Of a DNA stretch of 64,000 bases, positions 10,010 to 21,123 are shown one piece after another. Source of the DNA: Myxococcota bacterium (GTDB lineage: Bacteria; Myxococcota_A; Polyangia; Nannocystales; Nannocystaceae). Both the position numbers and the translations under genes were made by a program. Numbering within the stretch: position 1 is the stretch's first letter; every line of letters starts with the position of its first letter. The notes under the pieces were generated by a model, which searched no databases, had not been told where the DNA came from, and saw only the letters and a program-made list of their open reading frames with translations. The stretch is from assembly GCA_039028615.1 (NCBI GenBank), contig JBCCHT010000044.1:1-64000 (forward strand), read 5' to 3'.

Positions 10010-11572
10010 CAGCGGGGAGAGCACTCGCGCCCCGCTCTCGAATAGCCGCGTGCGGAACGAGGGGTCGGCCCGGTCCGCGACGAGCACCTCGCTGGCGCCC
10101 TCGAGATCCTCGGCAAAGACCTGGGCCAGCGCCCGCGTGACGTCGGGGTCGTAGAACATGCCCGTGACCTCGTAGTTGATGTGGAAGCTGCGGATGTCCA
10201 TGTTGGCCGAGCCCAGCGCACAGATGTCGTCCACGATGAGCAGCTTGGCGTGCAGCATCCCGCGCTCGTACTCGAAGATTCGACCGCCCGTGCCCAGCAC
10301 CTCGTCGTAGTAGCTGCGGGCAGCCCAGCCGATGACGCGCACGTCGTTGTGTCGCGGGTGCGGCACCAAGATCCGCAGGTCCACGCCCCGCAGCGCGGCG
10401 GTGCGCAGGATGAGCAGCAGCGGCTCGTCCGGGATGAAGTAGGGCGTCGCGAGCCACACCCGATGATTGGCGGTGGCGATGGCGGCGGAGAACTGCGCGG
10501 AGATGGTGGACAGCAGCGGCAGGTCCGGGCCGCTGGGGATGATCTGCAGCAGCGGGCCCTCGGAGACGACGGGCGCGGCGATCTGGGGATGAAAGGGGTT
10601 GGCCTCGTCGGCGTGGGCCCGCGCGCGCTGGGCTTTCTTGCGGGTCCAGGCGCGGTCCTTGGGCAGCGGGCGGCGGGGATCGAAGCGGTGGGGCACGGAC
10701 GCACGCTCACCGCTGAGGTCGAGCACTTCACCCGTGCTCGCGAGCCAGTCCTCGAGGAAGATGGCCTCCAAGCCGATCACCGCGTCGCCCTCGAGGCTGA
10801 TGGCCAGGTCTCGCCAGGTGCGATGCTCGGTGGTCGGGTCGAGGTACTCGTTGCCGATGTTGAGGCCGCCCAGGATTCCGAGCCGACCATCGACGGTCAT
10901 GATCTTGCGATGGTTGCGGTAGTTGAAGCGGACTCGACCCAGCCGCATGGGGATCCGCAGCCGGCCGAAGACGGCGACCTGGCCTCCCGCGGCCCGGAGC
11001 TTCTCGAAGTGCGAGTCGGGCAGGCCGAGGCTGCCGAGGTGATCGTAGAGCACGCGAACCTTGACCCCGGCCTCGGCCTGCGCGGTGAGCATCGCGGTGA
11101 GGCGTCGGGCGGTCTCGTCGTCGTGCCAGATGTAGAACTCGCAGTGGATCGAGCGTGTCGCCGACTGGATGGCGGCGGCGAAGGCCTCGAAGGCGGTGGC
11201 AGCGGTGGTGAGCAGGCGGACTTCTTCGCCGCGACGCAGCGGAGCGGCGGCTGTCTCCAAGGCCAGGCGGACCAGGCCGCGGGCGCTGTCGGGGAGGTCG
11301 GGCGGGAGCTCGTCGAGCGTGGCCAGGTGTCGCGTCTCATCGACGGGATTGATCGGTCGTCGCTGCCGACGTCGGACGCGACGACGCGTGCGTCGCGAGA
11401 ACACCACGTAGACCAGCAGCCCCACGATGGGCAGGAAGACGAGCGCCAGGACCAGGGCGATGGTGGCGGTGGGCCGCCGTCGCTCGAGCACGATGAAGCC
11501 GGTGACCCCGACCGCATAGACGACGAAGGCCAGCTCGAGGGCCGTGGCCAAGGGGTCCGCGCTCGCGATCAT
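10004..11572 (-). CDS. cls: Cardiolipin synthase (PLD family)
   Basis: Two N-terminal TMs and two HKD motifs (NHRKIMTVDG...GGLNIG; LHAKLLIVDD...GSANMDIRS), plus TPYFIPD. GGAGG SD before ATG 11572. Confidence 0.93.
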   Translation of the reverse strand: MIASADPLATALELAFVVYAVGVTGFIVLERRRPTATIALVLALVFLPIVGLLVYVVFSRRTRRRVRRRQRRPINPVDETRHLATLDELPPDLPDSARGLVRLALETAAAPLRRGEEVRLLTTAATAFEAFAAAIQSATRSIHCEFYIWHDDETARRLTAMLTAQAEAGVKVRVLYDHLGSLGLPDSHFEKLRAAGGQVAVFGRLRIPMRLGRVRFNYRNHRKIMTVDGRLGILGGLNIGNEYLDPTTEHRTWRDLAISLEGDAVIGLEAIFLEDWLASTGEVLDLSGERASVPHRFDPRRPLPKDRAWTRKKAQRARAHADEANPFHPQIAAPVVSEGPLLQIIPSGPDLPLLSTISAQFSAAIATANHRVWLATPYFIPDEPLLLILRTAALRGVDLRILVPHPRHNDVRVIGWAARSYYDEVLGTGGRIFEYERGMLHAKLLIVDDICALGSANMDIRSFHINYEVTGMFYDPDVTRALAQVFAEDLEGASEVLVADRADPSFRTRLFESGARVLSPLL

Positions 11573-11771
11573 CGCGTCGTTCGCCTCCGTCGGGGATACC
11601 CTAGGTTCACCGCGATCCGCCAACGCGGCCCCGCGCCAGTGGCCTTCGGGCGAAACCGTAGCCCCGCGATGGGACGGCCACAGCGCGCACCAGACGGGCC
11701 GTAGCTGGCCCCTGGCGGATTCGGGCGGCAAACGCGTCCTCCAAATGAGGTTTTTGCTATTGTCTCGCCCG

Positions 11772-12887
11772 GTGCTGTCCCTGCCCCAGGTCCTGCACGA
11801 AGCGCAGCGTCACGCGGTGACGGAGATCGCCATCGAGCCCGGACAACCGGTCACCTTTCATGGCGACCAAGGTGCGTTGGTGCTCGGTGACATGCTCGAA
11901 GAGCAAGAGATCTCCGAAGCCCTCACGCTCGTCTTGGCTCCCGATCAAATGGCCGAGCTCGCCGTCGCGAACATCGTCGAGTTCCACATCGGCGGGTTCT
12001 CCGAGTGGAACTTCGTCGCCGAGACCGGCGAAGACGGAGTGATGATTCGCGGCCGGATTCGGGACGGATCTGTGCCCGACGAGTACGGTGTTCCCTTGGA
12101 GCTGCCGCCGCTCGAGCCCTTCGAGTACGAGCGAACCTCGGAGATCCCGCGGTCGAGTGGATCGGTGCTTCGCCAGAACGAGCCCCGCGAGACGCGTTGG
12201 GACCTGGCGGCCGCGGGTGCGGTCAGCCAAGACATCGACTCGGCTCCGTCGGCGTCGATCGAAGATCCCTCGCTCGTCAATCCCGACGATCCGCCCACGG
12301 TCGAGCCGGAGGCCGAAGCTCCGCCGCCACCCCAAGGGGAAAACGGCGGGCTCATCGACTTCGCCTTGGTGGGTCGCACGGCACCGACCAGCGATCTTCC
12401 CGAGATGGAGCCGAGCCTGGCGACCACCGCCCCGCGCCTGTCCGGGTTCGATCCGGTCTCGGTGCAGACCACGATGCAAGGCGAGGACACCCTCGGCATG
12501 CACGTCGATGCGTTGCTCCCCGGGACCGTGATCCACTTGGCCGGCTTGGGCGCGGGCGAGCGATTGTTCCGCGACTTCGATGGCGCCTACGAGGTGATCG
12601 ACGACGCCACGTGGGCCACCGCGACCTCGCGACCGCTGACGGAGATTCCGCTGGGGCAGGCGTACCTCGTGCGCCTCGAAGACCCGAGTCGGTGCCTACC
12701 GTGGCTGCTGCGTCGGCTCGAGGAGGGCGCGTGCCTGGTCATCGAGACGCGGGCGCGAACGGTGGAGGGAGCGCGTCGCGTCTTGCTGGGCGCCGAGGCG
12801 AGCTCGCACCTGGTGGGGTGGCTCGACGTGCAAGAGCACTGGTGGCTGCACCCCGAGGGCGCGGTCTGGACGCTCGACTCCGTCTAG
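11772..12887 (+). CDS. Hypothetical protein resembling a degenerate PilT/PilU (no Walker A)
   Basis: N-terminal pattern LHEAQRHAVTEIAIEPGQPV...LAPDQMAEL resembles the PilT N-domain. A Pro/acidic linker precedes an alpha/beta C-domain. GTG 11772 follows TGCTATTGT; ATG 11745 is an alternative start. Confidence 0.6.
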   Translation: MLSLPQVLHEAQRHAVTEIAIEPGQPVTFHGDQGALVLGDMLEEQEISEALTLVLAPDQMAELAVANIVEFHIGGFSEWNFVAETGEDGVMIRGRIRDGSVPDEYGVPLELPPLEPFEYERTSEIPRSSGSVLRQNEPRETRWDLAAAGAVSQDIDSAPSASIEDPSLVNPDDPPTVEPEAEAPPPPQGENGGLIDFALVGRTAPTSDLPEMEPSLATTAPRLSGFDPVSVQTTMQGEDTLGMHVDALLPGTVIHLAGLGAGERLFRDFDGAYEVIDDATWATATSRPLTEIPLGQAYLVRLEDPSRCLPWLLRRLEEGACLVIETRARTVEGARRVLLGAEASSHLVGWLDVQEHWWLHPEGAVWTLDSV

Positions 12888-13270
12888 CCGGGTAGGGGCA
12901 GCCGTTCCTCGAGCGCCGGATCGTGCAGCACGATCTGTGCCGCCTTGAGGCACTGCATGCCGAGGCCGATGGGCGCGACGAGGTTGACGGTGGCGGGCTC
13001 GGGAGCGGCGGGCACCGTGCACAAGAGCATGACGTGCAGTGCCTCGTCGGGCTCGAGGTGCAAGAAGCCGAGGCTGCGTCGCACGTGCTCGACCGGATAG
13101 TCCGGGCGCACGCGGGAGGCTTCGATGGTCAGGAGGGTGAGCTGCGGATCTCGTCGGCATCGAAGCCACGCGTAGGCCGACCCGGGTACACGTGGTTCCA
13201 ACGTGAACTCGGTCCCAGAGGTCAATCCGGGCAGGCCGAGGGGCATCTGAAACGAGAGCGCTTCGATCAC
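12884..13270 (-). CDS. fliW: FliW family CsrA antagonist
   Basis: GLPG..F.L, WL...DPQL, PDY, TVNLVAPI and AAQIVL match the FliW pattern. Lies directly downstream of csrA. Confidence 0.85.
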   Translation of the reverse strand: MIEALSFQMPLGLPGLTSGTEFTLEPRVPGSAYAWLRCRRDPQLTLLTIEASRVRPDYPVEHVRRSLGFLHLEPDEALHVMLLCTVPAAPEPATVNLVAPIGLGMQCLKAAQIVLHDPALEERLPLPG

Positions 13271-13272
13271 GA

Positions 13273-13494
13273 TCAGGGCTCGGGCAACATCGTCGCACGC
13301 TCTCGGTCGAGCGTGGACTGTGCTTGCCGATTGCTTTCGGCGAGGTTGTCGTAGAGTTCTTCGCGGAAGACCGGGAGACCTTCGGGTGCTTGGATTCCCA
13401 AGCGAACCTGTCGGCCTCGAATCTCACGCACGACGATCTCGATACCGTTGCCGATGAAGATCTTCTGCCCGATTTTGCGAGTCAGGGTCAGCAC
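13273..13494 (-). CDS. csrA: Carbon storage regulator CsrA
   Basis: (M)LTLTRKIGQKIFIGNGIEIVVREIRGRQVRLGIQAPEGLPVFREELY plus a C-terminal extension. GTG start with AAGGGA SD 7 nt upstream. Confidence 0.95.
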   Translation of the reverse strand: MLTLTRKIGQKIFIGNGIEIVVREIRGRQVRLGIQAPEGLPVFREELYDNLAESNRQAQSTLDRERATMLPEP

Positions 13495-13646
13495 GTCGTG
13501 GTCCCTTCGAAGGGAAGTTTGCCCTTTTCGTTGTCGGCTCTGGAGTGGTTGATACGCAAGCCCCGCTTCGTGCCACTCGGATGGGTGAGTGACCCCACGA
13601 GGACCGCGAACAGCGTCAGTCGTTCCACGAATCGACACGACCCGTG

Positions 13647-15272
<1,626 letters not shown>

Positions 15273-15493
15273 GAACTCTAGTGTAGTGGCCCACAGCGGG
15301 GCGGGGTCAAATCTCTGGCGCGTGTGCTCACTAGGGGTGTTTGACGACCCCTTGGGTCCGCAGCGGTGGCACGGGCCCGTCCGCCTGGCGGCGTCAGCGA
15401 CCCCAACTGGGCTCCCCGCCGCGCGGTCGGGTCCGCGCGCGAGCCCGGCTCTCAGGGGATGCCCGGGGCCGCGTCCCGGGGGTCTGGCCGCAA

Positions 15494-17104
15494 TCAGTGC
15501 CGGCAGTGCGAAGTCTCGTGGGCGCGACGCTCTTCATCGTCGGCCAGCTCGGCGAGATCGCAGTGCAGCGTGGGAATGAAGGGATTGACCCGAATCGCGC
15601 GCAACAGCGCTTCCTCGGCCTCGGTGGTGTCCCCGTTCCGCAGCAGGGCCCGGCCCTGCGCCGCCGCGAGGTTGGCATCCTCGGGCTCGGCCTCGGCGGC
15701 GCGTTCGAGCAGCGGCACCGCGGGCGCCCACTGTTCGAGCTCGACGTACAGCCGTCCGAGTCGCCGTGAGAGCACCGGATCTTCCCGCGCCCGGCGGTCG
15801 GTCTTGCGAGATTTTTCGTACTGCAACGCCGCCGCCTGGCCGTGGCCTCGGGCCTGCAACAGACCACCGAGGCGGGCGTGCTGCCGCGCCTTGCCGCCGC
15901 CGAGATGAGAGAACACGTCGCCGAGCGCCTCGGGGGCCTCCTCGGACTCGTCCTCCTTGAACTCGGGTCCGGCGGCGAGCGGGCCGCTGCGACTGCTGGC
16001 CGTGCGGCGCCGCGTGACCGCGGTCCACTCCTTCATGAACGCGTCGAAGTCGTCGCCCCACGCCGCGGCGAGAGCATCCTTGGCGTCGTCGCCATCGGTC
16101 ACCCGATCGAGCAGCGTCTCGATGCCGGCCGGGCCGCGCCGCTCGAGCAGCAGCCCGAGCATGGTCTCGACCTCGGCGTAGGCCAAGGCCGCGCGCTCTT
16201 GGCTCGGCAACATCGCGACCGAGGGATACATCTCGTCCAGCGTCACCAGGTTGTCGTGCACGATCGCCTGGTGCAGGTGGAAGGCGATCGCGGGCTCCAG
16301 CGGGGGCGGGTCGGTCCGGCGCCAGCGGGTCTCGAGCAGCTTGGCCAGGCCCTCTTGTAGCCACACCGGAGCCCGGTTCTGGGTCCGCATCGTGAGGACG
16401 TAGTGCACGTACTCGTGCACCGCGGTGTCGATCCAGCCGTAGCCGTACACCATCACCCGCGGGGTGATCATCATGATGCGTCGGTACTTGGTGACCCCCA
16501 CCGTGCCCGTGGTACGGATGTTCTCCACCGTAAGCGGCGTGACCATGGCCAGCTTGAGGGGGTCGTCGAGGAACTCGAAGCGGATCGGGTGAGGCGGCCT
16601 CACTCCGATGTCATCGCCCAGCGCCTCGCGAGCCACCGCCATCGCGTCGAATAGATACGGGGCGATGAGGGCATCCTTGGCGTCGGCGAAGACGGCCTCG
16701 ACGTGGCCGTCGGGGCTGGTGACGACGATGTTGTCGGCCAAGGCGCTGGTCGAGCCGCGGGCCAGGGCGAGGTAGTGGCGGGCCTCCAGCTCGGCGTCGC
16801 TGCCGTCGGCGAGGCTGCCCGACGCGAGCGCAGCGGCCAGCAGCGCTTCACCGTCGGCGTAGCGACCCGCGTACACGTGCAGGACGCCCTGCTTGACGTC
16901 TCGCTCCGCGCCCGGGGTGGCGGCATCGATCGCCGCCTGGGCGGCGGGCAGGTCCCAGCCGGCCAGCGCCGTCTCGGCGTCGACCAGGTGCGGGTCGGCT
17001 TCGTCGGCCAGCGCGGTGGGGCCCGGCCATGCTCCCAGCAGCGCGAGGCCCAGCCCCAGCGTGCGGAGGCGAACGAGACTTCGAATGAGACGGCCACGGA
17101 TCAT
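15494..17104 (-). CDS. Exported TPR protein with peptidase MA-like (HExxH) domain
   Basis: Signal peptide ending ALA, HEYVH...WLQEGLA and C-terminal TPRs. ATGA overlap with the upstream gene. Confidence 0.85.
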   Translation of the reverse strand: MIRGRLIRSLVRLRTLGLGLALLGAWPGPTALADEADPHLVDAETALAGWDLPAAQAAIDAATPGAERDVKQGVLHVYAGRYADGEALLAAALASGSLADGSDAELEARHYLALARGSTSALADNIVVTSPDGHVEAVFADAKDALIAPYLFDAMAVAREALGDDIGVRPPHPIRFEFLDDPLKLAMVTPLTVENIRTTGTVGVTKYRRIMMITPRVMVYGYGWIDTAVHEYVHYVLTMRTQNRAPVWLQEGLAKLLETRWRRTDPPPLEPAIAFHLHQAIVHDNLVTLDEMYPSVAMLPSQERAALAYAEVETMLGLLLERRGPAGIETLLDRVTDGDDAKDALAAAWGDDFDAFMKEWTAVTRRRTASSRSGPLAAGPEFKEDESEEAPEALGDVFSHLGGGKARQHARLGGLLQARGHGQAAALQYEKSRKTDRRAREDPVLSRRLGRLYVELEQWAPAVPLLERAAEAEPEDANLAAAQGRALLRNGDTTEAEEALLRAIRVNPFIPTLHCDLAELADDEERRAHETSHCRH

Positions 17105-20100
17105 CGCAACAGCTCCTCGTAGTAGCGCTGGACCGGCTCGTCGAAGCCAGCCGGGGCGTCTTCTCGCATGGCTTCCATCAGGGCATCGCGCAGCGAACGA
17201 TCGCGCTCGGCCTCGGTCGATGCGTCTCCGCTGGCGGATGGCGGCGGCGGGGGAGGCCCGCGGCGGAGGCTGTCGATGGCATCCTGGAGGCCCTGCCATG
17301 CCTGGGCCTCGGGGTCGATGGCCTGACCGGGGCGCTTTTGCGCGAGCTGATCGGCGCTGCGCTCCATGCCCTGGTCGGCTTGCCGCATCGCCTTGCGTCC
17401 GGGCCCGGGCAGCTGGTCGGCCACCGGATCGTCGAGCAGCGTCCGCGACTGCTTGCGGAGCCCGGTCTGACGCTCGCGCAGGCTCTGGAGCTGCTTGGCC
17501 TGCTCGGGGCTGAGCACCTCCTCGGGCGAGGGCAGGGTCTCGTCGAGGCGTTTTTGTAGGCGCTTGGCTTTGTCGCGGGCGCGGCGGACCGCCTTACCTT
17601 CGCGCTCCTTGGCCTGGGAGCCCTCGGCCGCTCGATCGAGCGCGCGGGCGGCTTCTTCGGCCGCTTCGGCCAGGTCGAGGGCGGACGCCCGTTCGTCCTC
17701 GCTCAGGCGATCGAGCTGCTCCAGGGCATCCTTGGCGTCGTCCAGCGCCCGTCGCCCCTCGCGGCCGAGACGGGCGTCGTTGATCTCGTCCAGCGCCTCG
17801 CGCAGCGCCTTGGACTCGGTGGTCGCCGTCTCGCGATCGTCTTCGTCGGCGGACTGGGCCGCCACGCCTTCACGCCAGCGCTCGTGCAGCTTGCGGGTCT
17901 GGCTGCGCAGGTTGGTCTGCTCGTCCTGGAGCTTGGACAGCTCGCGCAGCAGCTTCATGCGCGCGCGCTCCTCGGGCGACAACGAGGCGGTCTCCTCGTC
18001 CTCACCGAGCCGCTTTTGCACCTCGTCGCGGAGCCCCTGGACCTCACCCAGCTGGCCGCGGGCCTGCTCGAGCGCAGCGTCGACGTTCCCCGCCTCGAGC
18101 ATGTCGGTCAGCGGCGGCTGCTGCTTCATGCGCTCGACGATGGCGAACGCGTCGAGGTTCATGAACTCCTGGTCGACCTCCTTGCGGAGCATGGCGCGGG
18201 CCTCGGTGATGCGGCGGAGGTCTTCCTTGCGTCGCTGCTCGAGCTGCTCGATTCGCGGTCGCACCGACTGGTCGCCCGCCTTGAGCTGCTCGAGCAGGTC
18301 CACCATGCTGCGCTGCGTGGTCTCGAGCCGGGCCACCAGCGCTTCGAGGCGCTCGATGATCTGGCCGTCGACGAGGTCGTCGAGCCGAATCAGCTCGTCC
18401 TCGAGGCGCTCGACTTCCTTCTCGTTGTGGTCGGCCAGCGCATCGAGAGCGGCCCGTGTGCCCTCGGGGTCTCGGACCTCCGACGCGGGGGGCATCTTGG
18501 CGTGCAGCGCCAGCTCTTCGGCGTGCAGCTTGGCCAGGCGGTGGTGGACCTCGGTGAGCGTGGCGACGTCTCGCTCCCGCGCCAGCGTGTCGAGCGAGAG
18601 CGCATCGATGGCCTCGGCCAGGCGAGCGAGCAGCTGGCTGGCGCGATGTAGCAGGTCGCGGGCGAGCGCGGCTCGGACCACGTCGGGCGGCGGCGGGGGA
18701 GCACCGGGTAGGGGCGTGGCCGCGGGGAAGGCCCGGCTGAGCATGCGCGCGGCGAGCAGGTCGACCGCCAGGTCTCGGATGTCCCGCAGCCGCACGATGT
18801 TGGAGGCGTGCTCGGCTTCGTCGTCGTGCACCAGCAGCCGTTGCGTGGCCGAGCGACTGAGCTTGCCCGGGGGGTCGGGCAGGGGATGCAGGCCGAGCCC
18901 GGGGTCGTTGTCGCGGACCTCGATCCAATAAAGGACCTCGCTGCGCTCCACGACCGGGATCTGCGAGATGTCCCAGTCGTAGCTCCGTCGCCAGCGTCGG
19001 GCGCCCTTGGGGGCCTTGATCGGCAGGCGATGCGAGTCGCCGTCGGGGAGCTGGTACACGAGCACCGCCGAGCGCAGGCCGAAGTCGTCGCGGGCCACCA
19101 AGCGAATCTCCACGCGGTCGGTCTCCCGAACCTCGCGGCGATCTTGAGGCAAGGGCAGCAGCTCGATCTCCGGGGCCCGGTCGGGCTCCTCGTGCACGGG
19201 CAGGGCGGTGGAGCGACGGGCGGATTCCTCGAGCGAGTCGTCGCGGTCATCGAGCAGCACCACCGTCCAGGTCCCGGTGGCGCGCACCGTGAACGTCCCG
19301 GTGAAGTGCATGCCCGCTTCGTCGTCCGACTGCAGGGGCATGACCTCGGGAGGCGGCGCCGCGCTGAGCTCTTCGGCGTCGTAGGTCACCACCACCCGGG
19401 CGGCCTCGGCGGGGAGGCGGGCGTCGAGATCGACCTCGACCTCCGTCCCGGCCGGCACCCGCAGCGCCCCGCTGGGGTTGGGCACGTCGCGAACCGGCCG
19501 CCCCGTGTGCTCCGGGTAGTGCAGCCGCAAGCGCAGCGCCGACCAGACGGGCTCCGGCGGGGTGGGGGGCCGTGCATCGACCCCGGCCAGCAGCAGGCCC
19601 AGCCCGTCCGCCAGGGGTCCCCGGGTCGCGATGGCCAAGCTGCCGACCACCAGCGCGGCCACGACCAGGCGCGGGCGCCAGCGCGGTCCCGGCAGTGCAC
19701 GACGCAGATCGATGTCGTCGGCGCAGAGCCGATGCGCCACGTCGGCGATGTAGTGCGCGGCCAGCTTGGGCGAGCCCGCGTGCGGACCTCGATGCTCCTG
19801 CTCCAGCGTCTCGGCCAGCTCGAGCGCCCCGAGCAGCTCGTGCCGCAACAGGCGGTGCTCCGACGCGCGCTGCGGAGAATCGGCGACGCCCAGCGGTGCA
19901 TCGTGATCGGCGATGGCTCGCGCCGTCCGCGGGTCGGTGCCGAAGCGTCGACGCGCGTGCACGACGGCGTGCCCGAGCAGCCCGAGCACGCCCACCGCGA
20001 GTGCGATCGAAGCTCCGGTCGAGGCCAGATCGCCGCGCCTCGTCCACCCGGCGACCAACGCCGCGCCCGCGATCACCGTCGCCACCAGCACCGTCCCGTC

Positions 20101-20193
20101 CAGCAGCACCCGCAGCGCCATCCGTCGCCGAGCGGCGTTGCGCGCCTGGCGAAGGGTCATCCGCAGGACCCCCGTCTCGACCGGTGCGTTCAC
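17101..20193 (-). CDS. DUF4175-like membrane-anchored Ig-like/coiled-coil protein
   Basis: N-terminal TMs, YPEHTG, DRAPEIEL, ARDDFGL and EVRDND. Long coiled coil ending VQRYYEELLR. Confidence 0.8.
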   Translation of the reverse strand: MNAPVETGVLRMTLRQARNAARRRMALRVLLDGTVLVATVIAGAALVAGWTRRGDLASTGASIALAVGVLGLLGHAVVHARRRFGTDPRTARAIADHDAPLGVADSPQRASEHRLLRHELLGALELAETLEQEHRGPHAGSPKLAAHYIADVAHRLCADDIDLRRALPGPRWRPRLVVAALVVGSLAIATRGPLADGLGLLLAGVDARPPTPPEPVWSALRLRLHYPEHTGRPVRDVPNPSGALRVPAGTEVEVDLDARLPAEAARVVVTYDAEELSAAPPPEVMPLQSDDEAGMHFTGTFTVRATGTWTVVLLDDRDDSLEESARRSTALPVHEEPDRAPEIELLPLPQDRREVRETDRVEIRLVARDDFGLRSAVLVYQLPDGDSHRLPIKAPKGARRWRRSYDWDISQIPVVERSEVLYWIEVRDNDPGLGLHPLPDPPGKLSRSATQRLLVHDDEAEHASNIVRLRDIRDLAVDLLAARMLSRAFPAATPLPGAPPPPPDVVRAALARDLLHRASQLLARLAEAIDALSLDTLARERDVATLTEVHHRLAKLHAEELALHAKMPPASEVRDPEGTRAALDALADHNEKEVERLEDELIRLDDLVDGQIIERLEALVARLETTQRSMVDLLEQLKAGDQSVRPRIEQLEQRRKEDLRRITEARAMLRKEVDQEFMNLDAFAIVERMKQQPPLTDMLEAGNVDAALEQARGQLGEVQGLRDEVQKRLGEDEETASLSPEERARMKLLRELSKLQDEQTNLRSQTRKLHERWREGVAAQSADEDDRETATTESKALREALDEINDARLGREGRRALDDAKDALEQLDRLSEDERASALDLAEAAEEAARALDRAAEGSQAKEREGKAVRRARDKAKRLQKRLDETLPSPEEVLSPEQAKQLQSLRERQTGLRKQSRTLLDDPVADQLPGPGRKAMRQADQGMERSADQLAQKRPGQAIDPEAQAWQGLQDAIDSLRRGPPPPPPSASGDASTEAERDRSLRDALMEAMREDAPAGFDEPVQRYYEELLR

Positions 20194-20378
20194 TGGGGCA
20201 CGAGCCTCACGGCAGTCCTGCGACGGGGGGCGCCAGTCACCAAGAAGGTATATCGCATTTGCGCCGGCCCAACCGCGGCCGGGCCGGGCTCGCTACGCTG
20301 CGTACGATTGGGCGGAGCGGGGGCTAGGGTGCGATCTCGGTCGCTCGGGTCGGGCACACGACGGCGGCGTCGGCGGCA

Positions 20379-20990
20379 TCACTCGCGCCGACCCTCGATC
20401 TGCTCGATCAAAAACCCCGCCAGCCAGGCTCGAAAGTCGCGGCGCCCCTGTTCGCCCGTGCCCAGCTCCAGGCTCTCGACCAAGCCTTCGCCCGCGATCG
20501 AGTCGCCGAGCATCGCCAACGCGCTCAGCAAGATCAGCCGCCGCGTCTCCTGGATGTCGCCCGGGCCGAGGGTGCTCGTGCGCCACGCATGCGTCAGCTT
20601 CACCAGCGGCTCCATGTCGAGGCGTTCTTCGTCGTCGACGCGGCGGCTGAGCACGAGCCACGCCATCAGCCGCCCTTGCTCGCCCTCGTAGACGGCATCG
20701 AGCACCCGGGCGAGGGACTCCTTACGGTGCTCGGGACCCGCGACTACGGCCGCTTGGATCGCGCGGACCGCACGCTCGGTCGACCGCTCCACCGTGCGAG
20801 TGGTGAGCGCCTTGAGTAACCCTTCACGGGTACCGAAGTGGTGCAGCACGTTGGGGTGGGCCATGCCCGCGCGCTTGGCCACCGCGGTGACCCGCAACCC
20901 AGCCGGGCCGACCTCGTGGAGGACCGCCTCTGCCGCATCGAGGATCGCCGCCCGGGCTTCCTCGACCGTGCGCCGCGTTCGCTTTGCCAT
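20379..20990 (-). CDS. TetR/AcrR family regulator
   Basis: ILDAAEAVLHEVGPAGLRVTAVAKRAGMAHPNVLHHFGTREGL HTH. Divergent from the hydrolase-monooxygenase genes. Confidence 0.93.
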   Translation of the reverse strand: MAKRTRRTVEEARAAILDAAEAVLHEVGPAGLRVTAVAKRAGMAHPNVLHHFGTREGLLKALTTRTVERSTERAVRAIQAAVVAGPEHRKESLARVLDAVYEGEQGRLMAWLVLSRRVDDEERLDMEPLVKLTHAWRTSTLGPGDIQETRRLILLSALAMLGDSIAGEGLVESLELGTGEQGRRDFRAWLAGFLIEQIEGRRE

Positions 20991-21020
20991 GCGCCCCTTG
21001 ACCCATGGCATGGAAGCTCT

Positions 21021-21040
21021 TATATACAGAACTGTCAATA
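21021..21040. promoter_or_regulatory. Candidate TetR operator, imperfect palindrome TATNNACAG-NN-CTGTNNATA
   Basis: AT-rich palindrome tatatacagaactgtcaata in the divergent intergenic region. Includes TTGACA on the minus strand. Confidence 0.55.
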
Positions 21041-21123
21041 GTGAATCTCGGCGCAGACGTGCACCGTGACTCGCTTTCCGCCGTTTTCTCGCGGCCCGCC
21101 TTTCCGTCTCGGAGTCACCCCTC

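Noticed and set aside
11640..11690. gaaaccgtagccccgcgatgggacgg, resembling part of a GEMM-I riboswitch
   Set aside because: Lacks the following AAAGC and second stem, and lies upstream of the proposed -10 of the next gene.
13495..13535. GGGCAAAC...GGGAC in the csrA leader, similar to c-di-GMP-I riboswitch P2
   Set aside because: No GNRA loop, no GCAAAG and no room for P3 before the start codon. A cmscan against the c-di-GMP-I model would settle it.
13556..13575. TGGCACG...TTGC upstream of csrA as a sigma-54 promoter
   Set aside because: The spacer is 9 nt instead of the required 4, so the -24/-12 geometry fails.
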